Assembly: GCF_030144855.1 (NCBI RefSeq)
Contig: NC_082720.1
Location: forward strand, 65,968,001 to 66,032,000
Length of the DNA stretch: 64,000 bases
Source of the DNA: Hypanus sabinus
Lineage: Eukaryota
Reading direction: 5' to 3'
Shown: piece after piece, positions 13,545-28,300 of the stretch
Layout of the letters: each line of letters starts with the position of its first letter
Position numbering within the stretch: the stretch's first letter is position 1
Made by a program: the position numbers and the translations under genes
The notes under the pieces: model-generated
Database searches by the model: none
What the model was told of the DNA's origin: nothing
What the model saw: the letters and a program-made list of their open reading frames with translations, nothing else

Positions 13545-16340
13545 ATAGGACCATAGATCAGAAGACAAAGGATCAGAAGTCGGCCATTCGGCCCATTGAG
13601 TCTGCTCCACCATTGTATCATGTGCTGATCCAATCTCCCCTTTAGTCTCATTCCCCCACCTTCTCACCATAAACTTTGATGCCCTGACTGCTCAGATACC
13701 TATTAATATCTGCTTTAAATACACCCAATGACTTGGACTCAACTGCCGCCCGTGGCAACAGATTCCATAGATTCACCACCTTCTGGCTAATAGACTGGCA
13801 GTTTATTTCTTCTACCAAAGTGCATCACCGTACACTTTCCGACATGTAGTTCATTTGCCGCTTCTTTGCCCATTCCCCCAATCTATCCAAGTTTCTCTGC
13901 AGACTCAGCACTACCTACCCCTCCACCTATCTTTGTATCATCAGCAAACTTAGCCACAAAGCCATCAATTCCATAATCCAAGTCGTTAACATACAATGTA
14001 AAAAGAAGTGGCCCCAACATGGACCCCTGTGCAACACTACTGGTAACCAGCAGCCAACCAGAATGGGGTCCCTTTATTCCCACTCTCTGTTTCCTGCCAA
14101 TCAACCAATGCTTTATCCACCTATGTAATTTTGCCAAAATTCGATGGGCTCTTATCTTGTTTAGCAGCCTCATGTATGGCACCTTGTCAAAGGCCTTCTG
14201 AAAATCCAAATACACAACATTCACTGCATCTCCCTTGTCCAGCTTACTTGTAATTTCCTCAAAAAAATTGCACTAGGTTTTTCAGGCAGGATTTTCCTTT
14301 AAGGAAACCATGCTGAGTTCTGCTTATCTTGTCATATGCCTCCAGGTACTCCGTAACCTCAACCTTGACAATCGACTCCAACAACTTCCCAACCACTGAT
14401 GTCAAGCTAACAGGTCTATAATTTCCTTTTTGCTTCCTTGCCCCCTTCTTAAATAGTGGAGTGACATTTGTAATCTTCCAGTCCTCCAGAACCAGGCCAG
14501 AATCTATCGACTTTTGAAAGATCATTGTTAATGTCTCTGAAATCTCCACTGCTACTTCCTTCAGAACACGAGGGTGCATTCCATCTAGTCCAGGAAATTT
14601 ATCTACCCTTAGACTATTCAGCTTCCTGAGTACTTTCTCTGTCGTAGTTGTGACTGCGCATATTTCTCTTCCCTGACACCCTTGAATGTCTGGTATATTG
14701 CTGATGTCTTCCTCAGTGAAGACTGAGGCAAAATACTCATTCAATTCCTCCGCCAACTCCTTATCTCCCATTACAATTTCTCCAGCATCATTTTCTATTG
14801 GTCCTATATCTACTTTCCCTTGTCTTTTACTCTTTATATACTTGAAAAAGCTTATTGTGTCCTCTTTGATATTATTTGCTAGCTTTCTTTCATAGTTCCT
14901 CTTTTCTCTCTTAATGACCTTCTTAGTTTCCTTTTGTAAGCTTTTAAAAATTTCCCAATGCTCTGTCTTCCCACTAATTTTTGCTTTCTCGTATGCCCTC
15001 TGCTTTGCTTTTACTTTGTCTTTGATTTCTCTTGTCAGCCATGGATGCATCCTTTTTCCATTGGAAAATTTCCTCTTCTTTGGAATATATCTGTCTTGCA
15101 CCTTCCTCATTTCTCGCATAAACTTCAGCCACTGCTGCTCTGCCATCCTTCCCACTAGTGTCTCTTTCCAGTCAACCTTGGCCATTTCCTCTCTCATGCC
15201 AGTGTAATTTCCTTTACCCCACTGAAATACCGACATATCGGATTTTGGCTTCTCTTTCTCAAATTTCACAGTGAACTCAATCATGTTGTGATCACCACCT
15301 CCTAAGGGTTCCTTCACTTCCATCTCTCTAATTACCTCTGGTATTTCTCCGTTTTATTATACAACCCTTAATGCACAATTTCCTTTTCTCCGGTTAGCTC
15401 AACTACAGGTTGCTCTAAAAAGACATTTTGCAGACATTCCACATATTCTTTCTCTTGGGATCCAGCACCAAGTTGACTTTCCCAATTTAAATGCATATTG
15501 AAACCCCCATGAGTATAATAACATTGCCCTTTTTACATGCCTCCTCTATCTGCCATTGTAATTTGTACCCCATTTCATGGCCACTGTTCTCCCATCAGGG
15601 TCTTTTTACCTTTGGTCCTTCACACCGTCCACAAGGATTCATCAGCTTCCGATCCTATGTCATCTCCTTCTAAGGATTTAATTTATTTTTCTTGAATGAA
15701 ACCTACCACTACTTCTGCCTGCCTATCCTTTTGAATGTGTATCCTTGAATGTTAAACTCCCATCTATGATCTACCTTCATCCACAAGTCAGATGTGCCCA
15801 CAACATCATCCGTGACAATCTCTAACAGTGTTACAAAATATCTGCTTTTTCCATGTACTGCCCACATTCATATATAACATCTTCAGCCCTGTATTCATTA
15901 CCCTTTTCAATTTTTCCTCCATGTTACATGAAGTTAAATTCAGATCCTTTCTAAACTTTTTGTTTTTGTGTTTATTCTGCAGACTTTCACCACCTCTCCT
16001 GCACCCTCTTTTTCCTTTATCCTCACTTTTCCAAACTGTTGATCTGGTGCACCTGCTATTTAATTTAAAGGCAAAGACACAGTGCAACCAATCCCACCGA
16101 CTGCAATTCTGTCCCATCACATGCCTGTCCTTCCTCACAATCTCACTACACACTGCATTTACTTGCATACCATTGACCCATCCTCTGCCCTGGTTCTCTG
16201 GAACTCTGGTTCCCATCCCCTCCCAAATTAGTTTCAATTCCTTCCCCCAACAGCTCAATCAAGCATGCCCACAAGTATATTTGTCCACCTTGGCAATTAT
16301 ACCTTTGTAAACCATCCTTTTTGTATAGGTCATACCTTCC
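13545..16340 (-). mobile_element. CR1-clade LINE, long partial copy with a 354-aa open ORF2 segment (14259-15323)
   Basis: ORF 14259-15323 (EPLGGGDHNMIEF...GNYRPVSLTSVVGKLLE...QHGFLKGKSCL) continues into 13883-14224 (YLDFQKAFDKVP...QGSMLGPLLF...KFADDTK); the 3' tail is near 13545. Confidence 0.92.
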
Positions 16341-18779
16341 CCACAAGAGATCTCAGTGATCCCTGCAAGAAATGAAAGAGAGGGAGATATATAGATGCCA
16401 GGAGTTCACACTGGAGCAAGTATAGAACTTTCATTGTGCTTTCTGTTTGGTATCTGTTTGTAAGTATTGGTAGATCGCTTTTTGCTACTTTTTGTAAGTT
16501 TGATTTTTTGACGAACTGAATAAACACTCTTGCACAAAATGCTGAGTGACTCCTGCCATCTTTTCTATGGTCATAACCCATGTATTGTAACACACACCCA
16601 CAGCACTGTGGTTGACCCTTATAAGCCACATGAAAAATCACAACCATCCATCCTGTTTGGGATTAGTTAGGTGTCGGCAATAAATACAAGCTTTATAACA
16701 GCCTTCATACCCCAGATTAAATCGGAATATCTCCAGCAAGGATTGTCAAAGTGAAATGGAATATACTTATTTACAAGTGAAAACTTTTCAGTGGGACTGT
16801 ATCGTAAATCAATTTCAGAGATAAAGCAGTAGATGTGTGGGTGATGAACTGACATGGAGTTCACATTAGGCATGTTAAAAAGTTGTGATAGTTGTGGTGC
16901 ATTCTGTGATGTTAGAAGTGAGGAGCAATGAAAGATGCATCAGAGATACAGATAATTATAAACAGTGTGGCAGTAAGTTTCAACCTTGGGTGATCTTGGC
17001 AGTATTGGGACAAACAGTACATAAATTCACAGTTGCTTTTACCTCAAGTGTCCACCAGTATTTCATTGACCTAAAGCATGACGCAAACCAGCACAATCAG
17101 AAGAGTTTGACATTCCCTTGAAGATGAGAATGGACATATTGAGTTGACAACCAACATTGGGACAAGAAAATACAAAATAGAGTTCTGCATGGGAATGCAA
17201 ATTGGAGGGTAATGAAAACAACTCATATCAGGTCAATGAGGGACAGAAAGGTTTCATGGAGCATGTGTATAAACTCTAATTCATATCAGGACAAGTGGGC
17301 AAGATGATTACCGAATCATCTGAGATTTTTGCAAGAATTGGCTGAGTCATTTTATACAGGAGCAGGGAAATACAATAAAGATATTTAGATAGACACATGA
17401 ATACACATTCATCTTCTTAATTCACCCGTCTTCCTAGCCCATCCACCCACCTTCTCCCTCACCTGCTCTCACTTATCAGCTGCCTGCTGAACTAAAATTC
17501 AAAGTTGCTTGTCATACAACCATACATGTATAGACATGAAAACAGCCAAAGGAAACAGTGTCCTCCAGAACAGATATGGCTGGAGTTTCCAGGTGCAACT
17601 CAGAAAGGATGGGATAGATTCATCCCAAAGAAGAAATATTCTAAAGGGAGGTAACTGTATGACAATTCAAAGAGAGCATAAAAAATGGGAAGTTAGCTAA
17701 TAAGATAAAAGAAGATACGGAAAGTTTTTCAATACATAAGAATAAAAGATAAATGAGTGTGGATTTCAGTCCACTGCAAAATGATGCTGGGCAGGTAGTA
17801 ATGGAGGATAAAGAAAATTCACAACTTGTATTTTGTATCAGTCTTAACTGGGGAAGATGCCAGTAGTATGCCAGAAATTCATGTGTGCCAGGGAACAGAA
17901 ATGAGTACAGTTGCTATTACTAAAGAGAAGGTGCTTAGGGAAGCTAGAGGTTCTGAAATTGGTTAAGTTCCTTGGACCAGATGGACTATGTGTTTGGGCT
18001 CAGAAAGCGGTAGCCATATATGTAACATTGACTAGGCCTTAAGCTGCAGCGTCACCTGTTGCTACCAATCAAGGGAGATGACAATAGAGGCAGTGTGCTA
18101 AGGCGTCAGTGCTGGACTTCAATACTGGTTAGGTGGAAGAAAAGCTGAATGAACTTTTTCTTGTGGACAACATCCTTGGACTCAGGGACATGGGCTATAT
18201 TATGTTTTTTTGTGTGACTGTTTATTGATATCTTATATGTGCTATATGTGCACTGTGTTGTGTGTGACTGTCGGTGCTGTGTTTTGCACGGTGGCACTGC
18301 AGGAACATTGTTTCCTTTGGCTGTTTTCATGCCTATGCATGTATGGTTGTATGGCAATTAACCTTGAACTTGAGTCCAAGCTGTTTACTGATAGGTGAGA
18401 GCATGTGAGGGAAATGGTGAATGGATGGGCTGCGAAGACAAGTAAATTATGAAGCTGAATGGTTATTATTGTACCTATCTAAATGCAGATTTTGTATTTC
18501 CCTGCTCCAGTTTCCAAGACTCAGCCAAAAATTCCAGATGATTCCTTGTCCATCTTGCCTACCTGCCCTGATATGAATAGGGATCAGTGCACAATCTCCA
18601 TGAGACCTTTCTGTCTGTCACTATCCTGATACGATGTTACTTTTGTTACCCTTCCATTTTTGCATTACCAAGCACAGCTCTATTTTGTAGTTTCTTGTCC
18701 CAATGATGGGTGTCAACCCAAAATGTCCATACATGCTGCCTGGCCACTTGGCTTTTCAATTCACATCTTCAAGGGAATG

Positions 18780-19740
18780 TAAAACACTTCTGATTGTGCT
18801 GATTCAGAGCATGCTCTACTCTCTCTACACCCATGAATGTGTCGTTAGGCACAGTTCAAATGGCATCTATAAATTTGCTGATGGCACAACTATTGTTGGC
18901 AGAAATTCAGATAATGGTATGTGGGCTTACAGGAGCGAGGTATATTAGCTAGTTGCAGGAATAACCTTGTACTCAACGACACTAATACCAAAGAACTGAC
19001 TGGGGACTTCCAAATAGGGTAAGATGTTGGATCTCAAACCAATCCTCAGAAGGTTCAGAAGCAGAAAGAGTGAGCAATTTCAAGTTCCTGGGTATCAACA
19101 TCTCTGAGGATCTATCCTGGGCTCAACATTTCAATGCAGGTAAATGAAGGCATGACAATGGCTATATTTCATTCAGTGTTTGAGGAGATCTGGTCTGTCA
19201 CTAAAACCACTCACAAACTTCTACAGATGTACCACGGAGAGCATTCTAACTGGCTTCATTATCATCTTATATTGGTAAGGGGCAGTGGTGGATCACTATT
19301 GCACAGGTTTGAATTAAGCTACGGAGATTTGTGAACTTATTCATTTCCATCATGGGCATAAGCCTCCAGAGTATCCAAGACATCTTCAAAGCGCGATGCC
19401 TCACAATAGAGCCATCCATTATTAAGGACTGTAGTACCCAGGGCATACCCTGTTTTTATTGCTACCATCAGGAAAGACACACAGAAGCCTGAAGACATGC
19501 ACTCAACAATTCAGAAACAGTTTATTTCCCTCTGCAATCTGATTTCTGAATGAATGTTGAACCCATGAACACTATCTCATGACTTATTTAATTTAAGTAT
19601 TTTATAGATCTATACTTACAGTAACTCATACTTTTTCACTATTATTATATGTACTGTATGTTGCAATGTATAGGTGCCACAAAGTCAATAAATTTCATGA
19701 CATATGCTAATGATATTAAAGCTGATTCTAATTTTGATTC
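18780..19740 (+). mobile_element. Rex1/Babar LINE 3' fragment
   Basis: ORF 18703-18948 (LYSLYTHECV...IYKFADGTTIVG) followed by a Rex1-type 3' region. Confidence 0.75.
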
Positions 19741-20263
19741 TGTCTTGGGGTCAGTGAAATACAGAGAGAAACTTGAGTTAAAAGCAATTTACAAAATTGT
19801 TCACTCTTTGTTCCAGCACAGCCAATTTCATGCAAAGTTGAAACTTCCTGCCACACTACTGATAATTATCTGCTTTTATGATGTATCTTTCTTTGCTCCT
19901 CACTTCTAAAGTCACAGAATTGACCACAAATATCACAGTTTTTGAACATGGCTGATGTGATATTCCATTTTTGGAAGTGTCAGTTCATCAGCTCACACGT
20001 TCACTGGCTCTTCACTGAAATCTATACATAGCGCCACTGTTGATTCTTCATTTGTAAAATATATTACATTTTATTTTGACAAAGCTTATTTGAGATATTT
20101 AATTTTTAACCCTGGGATGTGCAGGCTGCTACAAAGCCAACATTTTTTATTGCCCATCCCTACGTAATTCCAAACAGAGTGGAGGGCTGTGACATTTCTT
20201 GGGGCTCATAACAACCAAGTACATTGCTGTAGTTGTGCAGTCACATATAGGCCGGACCAGGTG

Positions 20264-20677
20264 TGTTATGAGCCCTGCGGCCTCTGCACCGATCCGTACA
20301 GTCCTGGGCTTCTGGGTTTCTCGTGCTCCTGTATTTACCAATAGTTGCCTTAACTAGAGTTGTTAAGCCCTTGTACTCTCTGTTTCACCTTGTCAAGTTA
20401 ATTGTGATTGGCACAGGATTTTCACACTCTACAATTATTTAACGTGGATCCCATTGAACGCTCATCATGGGGTCCTTGTCTGGTGAATGATTTGCCTGTG
20501 GTGTCGCAGTTGTGCCTCTGATGTTCTGTCAAAATCCCTCTATATAACCTTTTGTTTCTGTCTCTACATGGGAGTCTGCTGTTCCTCCATACCTGGGTTC
20601 AGTCATTGCCAGTGCTCACCATGACGAGGAGAGATTTGCTCATCTGAAACACTGCAGAAGACAGCCTTGTTATTTCA
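20264..20677 (-). mobile_element. Solo LTR, 414 bp, 5-bp TSD with one mismatch
   Basis: Termini TGTTATGAGC...TTATTTCA (TG..CA); flanks AGGTG (20259-20263) and AGGTC (20678-20682); TATA-like TTATATAG on the - strand near 20545. Confidence 0.6.
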
Positions 20678-20734
20678 AGGTCTCCATCATCACATTTGAC
20701 CATATGTCAGCACTGAGTTTCTATGTGTGTCTCA

Positions 20735-23405
20735 GAATAAGACTATAAGATATAGGAGCAGAACTAGGCCATTTGGTCCATCGGTTCTGCTACGTCATTC
20801 ACTCATGGGCTGATCTGATTCTTCCAGTCATCCACACTCCCCTGCCTTTTCCCCATACCCTTTGATGCCCTGGCTAATCAAGAACCTATCTATCTCTGCC
20901 TTAAATGCACCCAATGCCTTGGCCTCCCCAGCCACTCATGGCAACAAATTCCATAGATTTACCAACCTCTGACTAAAGTAATTTCTCAGCATCTCTGTTC
21001 TAAATGGAAGACCTTCAATCCCGAAGTCGTGCCCTCTTGTCCTAGAATCCCCTACCATGGGAAATAACTTTGTCATATCTAATGTGTTCAGGCCTTTTAA
21101 CATCCATAATGTTTAGATGAGATCCCCCTCATTCTCCTGAACACCAGGGAATACAGCCCAAGAGCTGCCAGATGTTCCTCATACAGTCACCCTTTCATTC
21201 CTGGAATCATTCTCGTGAATCATCTCTGAACCTTCTCCAATGTCGGTATATATTTTCTAAAATAAGGAGACCAAAACTGCACACAATGCTCTAAGTGTGG
21301 TCTCATGGGTGCCTATAGAGCCTCAACATCACATCCCTGCTCTTATATTCTTTACCTCTAGAAATTAATGCCAGCATTGCATTTGGTTTCTTCACCACCA
21401 GCTCAACCTGGCGGTTAAACTTTAAGGTATCCTGCACAAGAACTCCCATGTCCCTTTGCATCTCTGCATTTTGAATTCTCTACCCATCTAAATGATAGCC
21501 TGCCTGTTTATTTCTTCCACCAAAGTGCATGACCATACACTTTCCAACATTGCATTGTATTTGCTGATTGTGGCTGCAGTTTAAGAACAAGAATGGAAGG
21601 GGAGAGAAGCGAGTGCAGTAGGAATAGGGGATTCAGTATTTAGACCAGCAGAGTGAAGATTTTTTGGATGGGAAAGATGCACCCAGGTAATATGTTGCCT
21701 CCCAGGTGCCAGGGTCAATGACATCCTGGACCAGGTCCAAAATATTCCAAAGGGGGAGGTACACAGCCAGAGATTGTGGTACATATTGCCACCAATGTCA
21801 TAGGCAGGAAAAGGGGTGAGGTTTTGAAGATAGAATATAGGAAGCTAGCTAGAAATCTGAAAAGCAGGACCACAAGGGTAGTAATGTTTGGTGTACAAAT
21901 TACAATGGCAGATAGAAGAGGCATGTAAAAAGGGCAATGTTATTATACTCATGGGGGTTTCAATATGATTTTAAATTGGGAAAGTCAAGTTGGTGCTGGA
22001 TCCCAAGAGAAAGAATATGTGGAACGTCTGCAAGATTGTTTTTAGGGCAACTTGTAGCTGAGTCCACTAAGGAATAGGAAATTGTGCTTAAGAAGTTGTG
22101 TAATGGAATAGATTTGATTAGGGAACTGAACGAGCTCCCTTAGGAGTCAGAGAGCATATGATATAATTCACTTTACAATTTAAGAGCAAGAAGCTAAAAT
22201 TAGATCTACCAGTATTACTAAGGAGTAAAGAAAATTACGGAGGCATGAGAGAGGAGCTGATCAAAGTTAATTGAAGGGGACTCCAGCAGGGATGACTGAT
22301 CCATTTCCTTTTCAAAGCCAATCTCTTGCCTTCTGTCTGAAACCTTTCATATCCTGACTAATCAAGAACCTAGCACCCTCCCCCTTATATATACCCAATC
22401 ACCTAGTCTCCACAGATAGCTGTGACATTAAATTCTACAGATTCACCACACTTCTGCTAAAAAAAAAAAATCCACATCATCTCTATTCTAAATGGACATC
22501 CATCTATACTGAAGCTGTGCTCTTTGGTCCTAAACTCCCTACCATAGAAAATATCCTCTCCACATCCACTCTATCTCTGCCTTTCTACATTTGATTGGTT
22601 TCAAAGCAAACCCTACCCATTCTTCTGAATTACAGTGAGTAAAGTCCCAGAGCTACAAATCATTTGTCATTCAATTAGACTTTCATTCCCAAAATCATTC
22701 TCGTGAAATTCCCTGAACCCTGTCCAATGTCAGCAGTTTCTTTCTTCAATAAAGAGAAAAAACAAGAGAAAATCTGCAGCTGCTGGAGACCAAAACAACA
22801 CACACAAAGCACTGGAGGAACTCAGCAAGCCAGAAGGCATCTGTGGAAAAGAGTAAACAGTCAACGTATGTGCATACATTGGGGTGGGTCTTTAGCAAAG
22901 GTTAACGTTTGGATCCAGAGCATAAAATGCTTGGAAACACCTAGTCAAGAGGAAATTCATGAGAATGATTCTGGGAATCAAAGAGTTTATGTATTAGGAG
23001 TGTATGATGATCCTTGGCCTGGACTAACTTCACATTGAAACTGTTGAATATTAAACAGCTGAGTTAAAGTAGACTTGGAGAGAGTGTTTCCTATAGTTGG
23101 GGAGTCTGGGACCAGAAGGTGCCTCCTCTGAATAAAAGGACATCTTTTTAGGATGGAGATGAGGAGGATCTTCAGAGGGTGGTGTATCTGTGGAATTGAT
23201 TGTCACAGATGGCTCTGAAAGCTGCTTCATGCAGTGTATTTAAACTGGAGGGTGACAGGTTATTGATTGGTAAGGATGTTGAAGGCTACAAGGAGAAGGC
23301 ATGAGATTGGAGTTGACATGAATAATAAATCGGCCATGATGGAATGATGGAGTTAACTCGATGGGCTGTATAGTCTAATTCTGCTCCTATATTTAATGGT
23401 CTTAT
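20735..23405. mobile_element. Several CR1-clade LINE fragments (3' ends and an ORF1/ORF2 5' piece)
   Basis: CR1 3' tails near 20737 (-) and 23400 (+); ORF1-like VCCLPGARV-type sequence at 21690-21720. Boundaries approximate. Confidence 0.75.
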
Positions 23406-25064
23406 GATCTTAGTATTTTCAGCAGGGTAGGGGAGTCCAAATCTAATAGTTCCATTTAATATCAGAAAATGTAACATTGTATAACCTGAAATTCTTGTTC
23501 TTCACAGACATCCATGAAAACAGAGGATACACCAAAGGATGAGTGAAAGTAAAAACGTTAGAACCTCAATTCTTCCCTACTCCCCTTCCCTTACAAAAGC
23601 AGCAGCAAAGCATTGACCATTCCCCTCCCCCATCAGCCCCCCGACTTACATCAGCAAAAAGCATCAGCACCCACCACTGCTCAGCAAGCAACAGCAAAGA
23701 AAGACTAAAAATTCTAACCTAAACTAAACATTCAAGGTAAAAAGACTAAACATTCACCTGACAATTCAACATACCACAGGCTCTCTCTCTCCCTAATAAA
23801 GGGGCATAGAGGTGTCATAGAACAGCCGGGGAGACTAACAAGACAAAAAAAAACAAAACCTGCCGACTGCAAAGTGGATGTCTACAGTGTGATTGTGTTT
23901 CTGAGATCTCCCAACTCTAGAATTAGCAAAAAATTCTCCTCCACCAATGAGAGAAGGGAAGAGAGGGAGAGAGAGTGATCTAAGTACAAATACTTTCAAC
24001 AGCTGATTCACTGTAATGATATTTCATTTTCTTTTGCAACGTTGGCGTTGAAGTGGCTCATCCCTAGGGTCTCAGAGCCTCAGAGCCCCAAAGGAGTAGT
24101 TGGCTTCTAGGCCACATCTTAGTGATAATTAACAAACAGCCGATTGGTGAGTCATGCGGGCAAGAACAATCGCCGTAAAGTACCGCCGTTTGAGTGGACT
24201 TGTATGGCAGGGACCTCAACAGAAGCCTATCTACTTTGAAAAGGAGAAAAGAGACATTAAAGTTAGAAATTAATCTGTTTATCTAGATGAGCTTGAAGAA
24301 GCTGCTCTCCCGCAGTTGTTGTAGATTTAAGCTAATGGAGAAAAGAATTAAATTGAACTTGAGGATCAAATTTTCCACGCAGACATCAAAGCTCAAAGTA
24401 AATCTATTATCAAAGTACATACTTGTCAGCTTATACAAGCCTGAGCTTCATTTCCTTGTGGGCATATTCAATAAGTCCATCATGGAATAATAACATAATA
24501 GAATCAATGAGAGACCACACTAACGTGATTGTTCAACCAGTGTGCAATAGACAACAAACTGCAAATATAGAATGAAAGAAATAATAATAATAAATAAATA
24601 AGCAATAAATAGAAAGAACATGAGATGAAGAGCCCTTGATAATGAATCCATAGTTAGAGGGACGATTTTAATGACAGAGCAAATGAAGTTGAATTAAGTT
24701 ATCCCCTTTGGTTCAAGAGCCTGATAGTTGAGGGATAATAACTGTTCCTGAACCTGGTGCTGTGAGTCCTAACGCTCCTTTATCTTCTTCCTGATGACAG
24801 CAGTAAGCTCAGAGCAAGACCTGGGTGGTGAAGATCCCTGATGATGGAAGCTGCTTTCCTGCAACAACGCTTTGTGTAGATGTGCTCAATGTTGGGAAGG
24901 GCCTTATGCATGAGGGCCTGGGCTATATTCACCACTTCTTGTAGGATTTTACATTCAATGGCACTGACATTTCCTTACCAGGCTGTAACATACTTTGAAG
25001 TCGATCAGAGTCTTCCTGAACCAGAAAACCTGGATCAATAATTCCAGGTTGCACAACATGGAGC

Positions 25065-26880
25065 TTACATTGCTGCCGATCAACTAGAGCTCAAGAAAAC
25101 CAGCTACAATCTATCAAAGCTGTCAAGGCTGCAAAACAATAATGTAGGGAGAATATTGAGTCAGGAATCACAATGAATAGCACATGTGACTCGAGATTAG
25201 GGTTGCATACCATCGCAGACTTCAAAGCCAAATGTTGTGGTGCCGCCAATATTGAATCCTCTCTCCTGGATGAGCCAAATCGCTTTTATGCCAGGTTCAA
25301 TGTCACTAACTCTGACCCTTCAAGGAAAGACACTGCTACAATCATCAACTTGGTCATCTCTGAGGCTGAGATGTGCAGATGTTTCCAATGATTTGACAGT
25401 GGCAAAGGGACAGAACCGGATAGCATCCCAGGTTGAGTACTTAGTATGTGCGCAGCACAACTGGCAGGTGTGTTAACAGACATTTTTAATCTCTGCTTCT
25501 CCCAGGGTAGACTGACCTCCTGCTTCAGATTATCCACCTTTGTCCCTGTACCAAAAAAGGCCAAGGTAACATGCCTGAACGACGGGCTTCCTGTTGCACT
25601 CAGCTCAATAATAAACAAATTTGAGAGGCTGGTCAAGGATTACATCTGCAGCTTGCTACCACCCAAACTGGAACCCCTACAGTTTGCCTACCAACACAAC
25701 CAATCAACAGATGACACAATAGCCACTTCTCTACATACTGTCCTTACACATCTGGAGAAGAAGGATGCTTATGTGAGAATGCTGTACTTGGACCACAGTT
25801 CAGCATTCAACATCACAGTTCCATCCAGGCTTGACGAGAAGTTCAGAGATCTCGGTCTTGACCGTGCCTTATGCAGCTGGATCCTAGACTTCCTTTCAGA
25901 TCGCCTGCAGGTTGTAAGAGTGGGTTCCGTCAGCTCTAACCCTCTGACTCTCAATACAGGTGCCCCTCAGGGTTGTGTACTGAGTCCCCTTCTCTACTCC
26001 ATGTATACCTATGTCTGTATCCCAACCCACAGCTCCAATCTAATTAAATTTGCCAATGACACTACAATGAGTGGCCTTATCTCGAACAATAATGAGGTGG
26101 CCTACAGTGAAGAAGACATCTCTCTGACACAGTGGTGTCAAGAAAAAAACCTCTTCCTCAATGCTTCAAAAACAAAGGAGTTGGCTGTGGATTACAGGAG
26201 GAATGGAGACGGGCTAACCCCTATTGACATCAATGGATCTGGGGTTGAGAAGATAAACAGCTTCAAGTTCCACGGCATCCACATCACCGAGGACCTCACG
26301 TGGTCTGTACACACCAGCTGTGTGGTGAAAAAGGTACAAAAGCACCTCTTTCTCCTCAGATGGTTGAGGAAGTTTGGTATAAGCCCCTAAGTCCAAAGAA
26401 CTTTCTACAGCAACACAATTGAGAGCATCCGAACTGGCTGCATGACTGGCTGGTATGGAAACTGTACCTCCCTTAATCGCAGGACTCTGCAGAGTGGTGC
26501 AGATGGCCCAGCACATCTGTGGTTGTGAACTTCCCATAATTCAGGACATTTACAAGGACAGGTGTGTAAAAAGAGCCCGAAGGATCATTGGGGACCCAAG
26601 CCATCCCAACCACAATCTATTCCAGCTGCTACCATCCGGGAAGTGATACCGCAGCCTAAAAGCCAGGACCAACAGGCTCCAGGGTAACTACTTCCAACAG
26701 ACCATCAGACTGAGGAAATCACTCTGACTTGAGTGTACTCTATATTGCAGTGACTGTTCTATTTATTATAAATTATTATGATTGCACATTGCACATTTAG
26801 ATGGAGATGTGATGTCTAGGTTTTTACTCCTCATGTATGAGAAAGATGTAAGAAATAAGTCCATGTTATGCCGAATTTTT
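25065..26880 (+). mobile_element. Rex1/Babar LINE, 5'-truncated, with a 314-aa RT ORF (25446-26390)
   Basis: ORF contains FAYQHNQSTDD, YLDHSSAFN, GAPQGCVLSPLLYS and IKFANDTT; the 3' end reads GATGTAAGAAATAAG near 26845-26860. Confidence 0.92.
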
Positions 26881-28300
26881 GCAAAATTCACAAGAAGTAG
26901 AGGCGCTGACATGCTTTCTTCATAATTACACTTCAGAGGACAGGTCCTCTGAAATAATAATTAAAGTTGCTGATTCGCAGATCAGGATTGGCTCCTGAAA
27001 GTCTGGTTTTCTCCCTCTGAAGTTAATAATCCACTCCTTGGTCTTGCTGACATTGACTAAGAGGTTGTTGTTAAGGCACCACTCAACCAGATTTTCAATC
27101 TCCCTCCTATATGTTGATTCATCACCACCTTTGATCCGGTCTACAACAGTGATGTTGTCAACATTGAAGCTGTGCATAGCCAGACAGTCATAAGTGTAAA
27201 ATGAGTCGAGCATGGGGCTATGTACTCAGCATTGTGGTGTGCCTATGCTGGTGGAGATCATGGAGAAGAGTTTGCTTACAATCTGATCTGACTGGTGTCT
27301 GTATGTGAGGAAATCAATGAACCAATTGCACAAGGAGGCATTGAGGCCAAGTATCAGAAGCTTGTTGATTTACATTTACAGTTATGATGGTATTAAATGC
27401 TGATCTATAGTCAATAAACAGCATTGCGATGCATTCATCATTGGTGTCCAGATGTTCCAGGCTTGAGTCAAGAGCCAATGAAATGGCATTTGCTGTGGGC
27501 CTGTTGCTTCAATAGGCACACTGGATTTGATCTAAGTCACTTCTCAGGTTAGAGTTGATATATTTCATCACCAACATCTCAAAACACTTCATAACTGTGG
27601 ATGTCAGTGTCACTAGATGATAGTTATTAAGGCAGGTCACCACATTCTTCTTGGGAACCAGGATAATTGAAGTCCTGCAGACTGCTGAAGCAAGAGTTTA
27701 AATATCTCAGTGAATACCCCAGCCAGTTGATCAGAACAGGCCTTTAGTACTTGCTCAGGCAAGGTGTTTCTAACGGTTCACCCTCCTGAAGGCTGCTCAC
27801 ACATCAGAGCCTGAAATCATAGGATTATCGGGGGCTGAGGAAGTTTGTGATGATTCCTCCATGTTTTGAAGGTCAAAGTGAGCCTGGATGGCATTGAGTT
27901 CATCTGTAAGTGAAGCCCTGCTGTTGCCTATGTCATTTGATTTAACTTTCTAAGAGGTAACAGCATTCAAGTCCAGACACAACTGTGAAACATCCTTCTT
28001 TGATTTGAGCTTAGTCTGGAACTAACTTCACATTTAAGATGGCTTAACTATTCTGCTGGTCTAACTATTTGGACCTCTTGCAACTTTCTTGGGAAAATTC
28101 TGAATGATTTTATGGGGACTCATTCATGTAAAATGTTTTAACAAAGTCTGTGACAACCACGCTGCACTCATTCATATCAACAGATGAGTCCCTGAACACG
28201 AGCAGTCCACTGATTCTAACCAGTCCCATAGCTGCTCTCTTGCTTCCCATGACCACCTCTTTGTTGTCCGCATCTGTGAATCTTTGCTCTTTAGCCAAAC
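26880..28300 (-). mobile_element. Rex1/Babar LINE, decayed; inverted paralogue of 4736-7400
   Basis: ORF 26926-27213 (EWCLNNNLLVNVSKTKEWII) and 28110-28298; it shares its 5' truncation junction and flank with the copy at 4736. Confidence 0.8.

Noticed and set aside
16336-16362. 27-nt - strand micro-exon with good acceptor (TTTCATTTCTTGCAG) and donor (AAG|GTATGA)
   Set aside because: The body and donor lie in CR1 sequence (WGRYDLYKKDG frame, ORF 16146-16346); probably a chance product of the element boundary.
16540-16900. Scattered RUNX (16607, 16893) and GATA (16819) motifs
   Set aside because: Too dispersed to exceed chance expectation for 6-mers.
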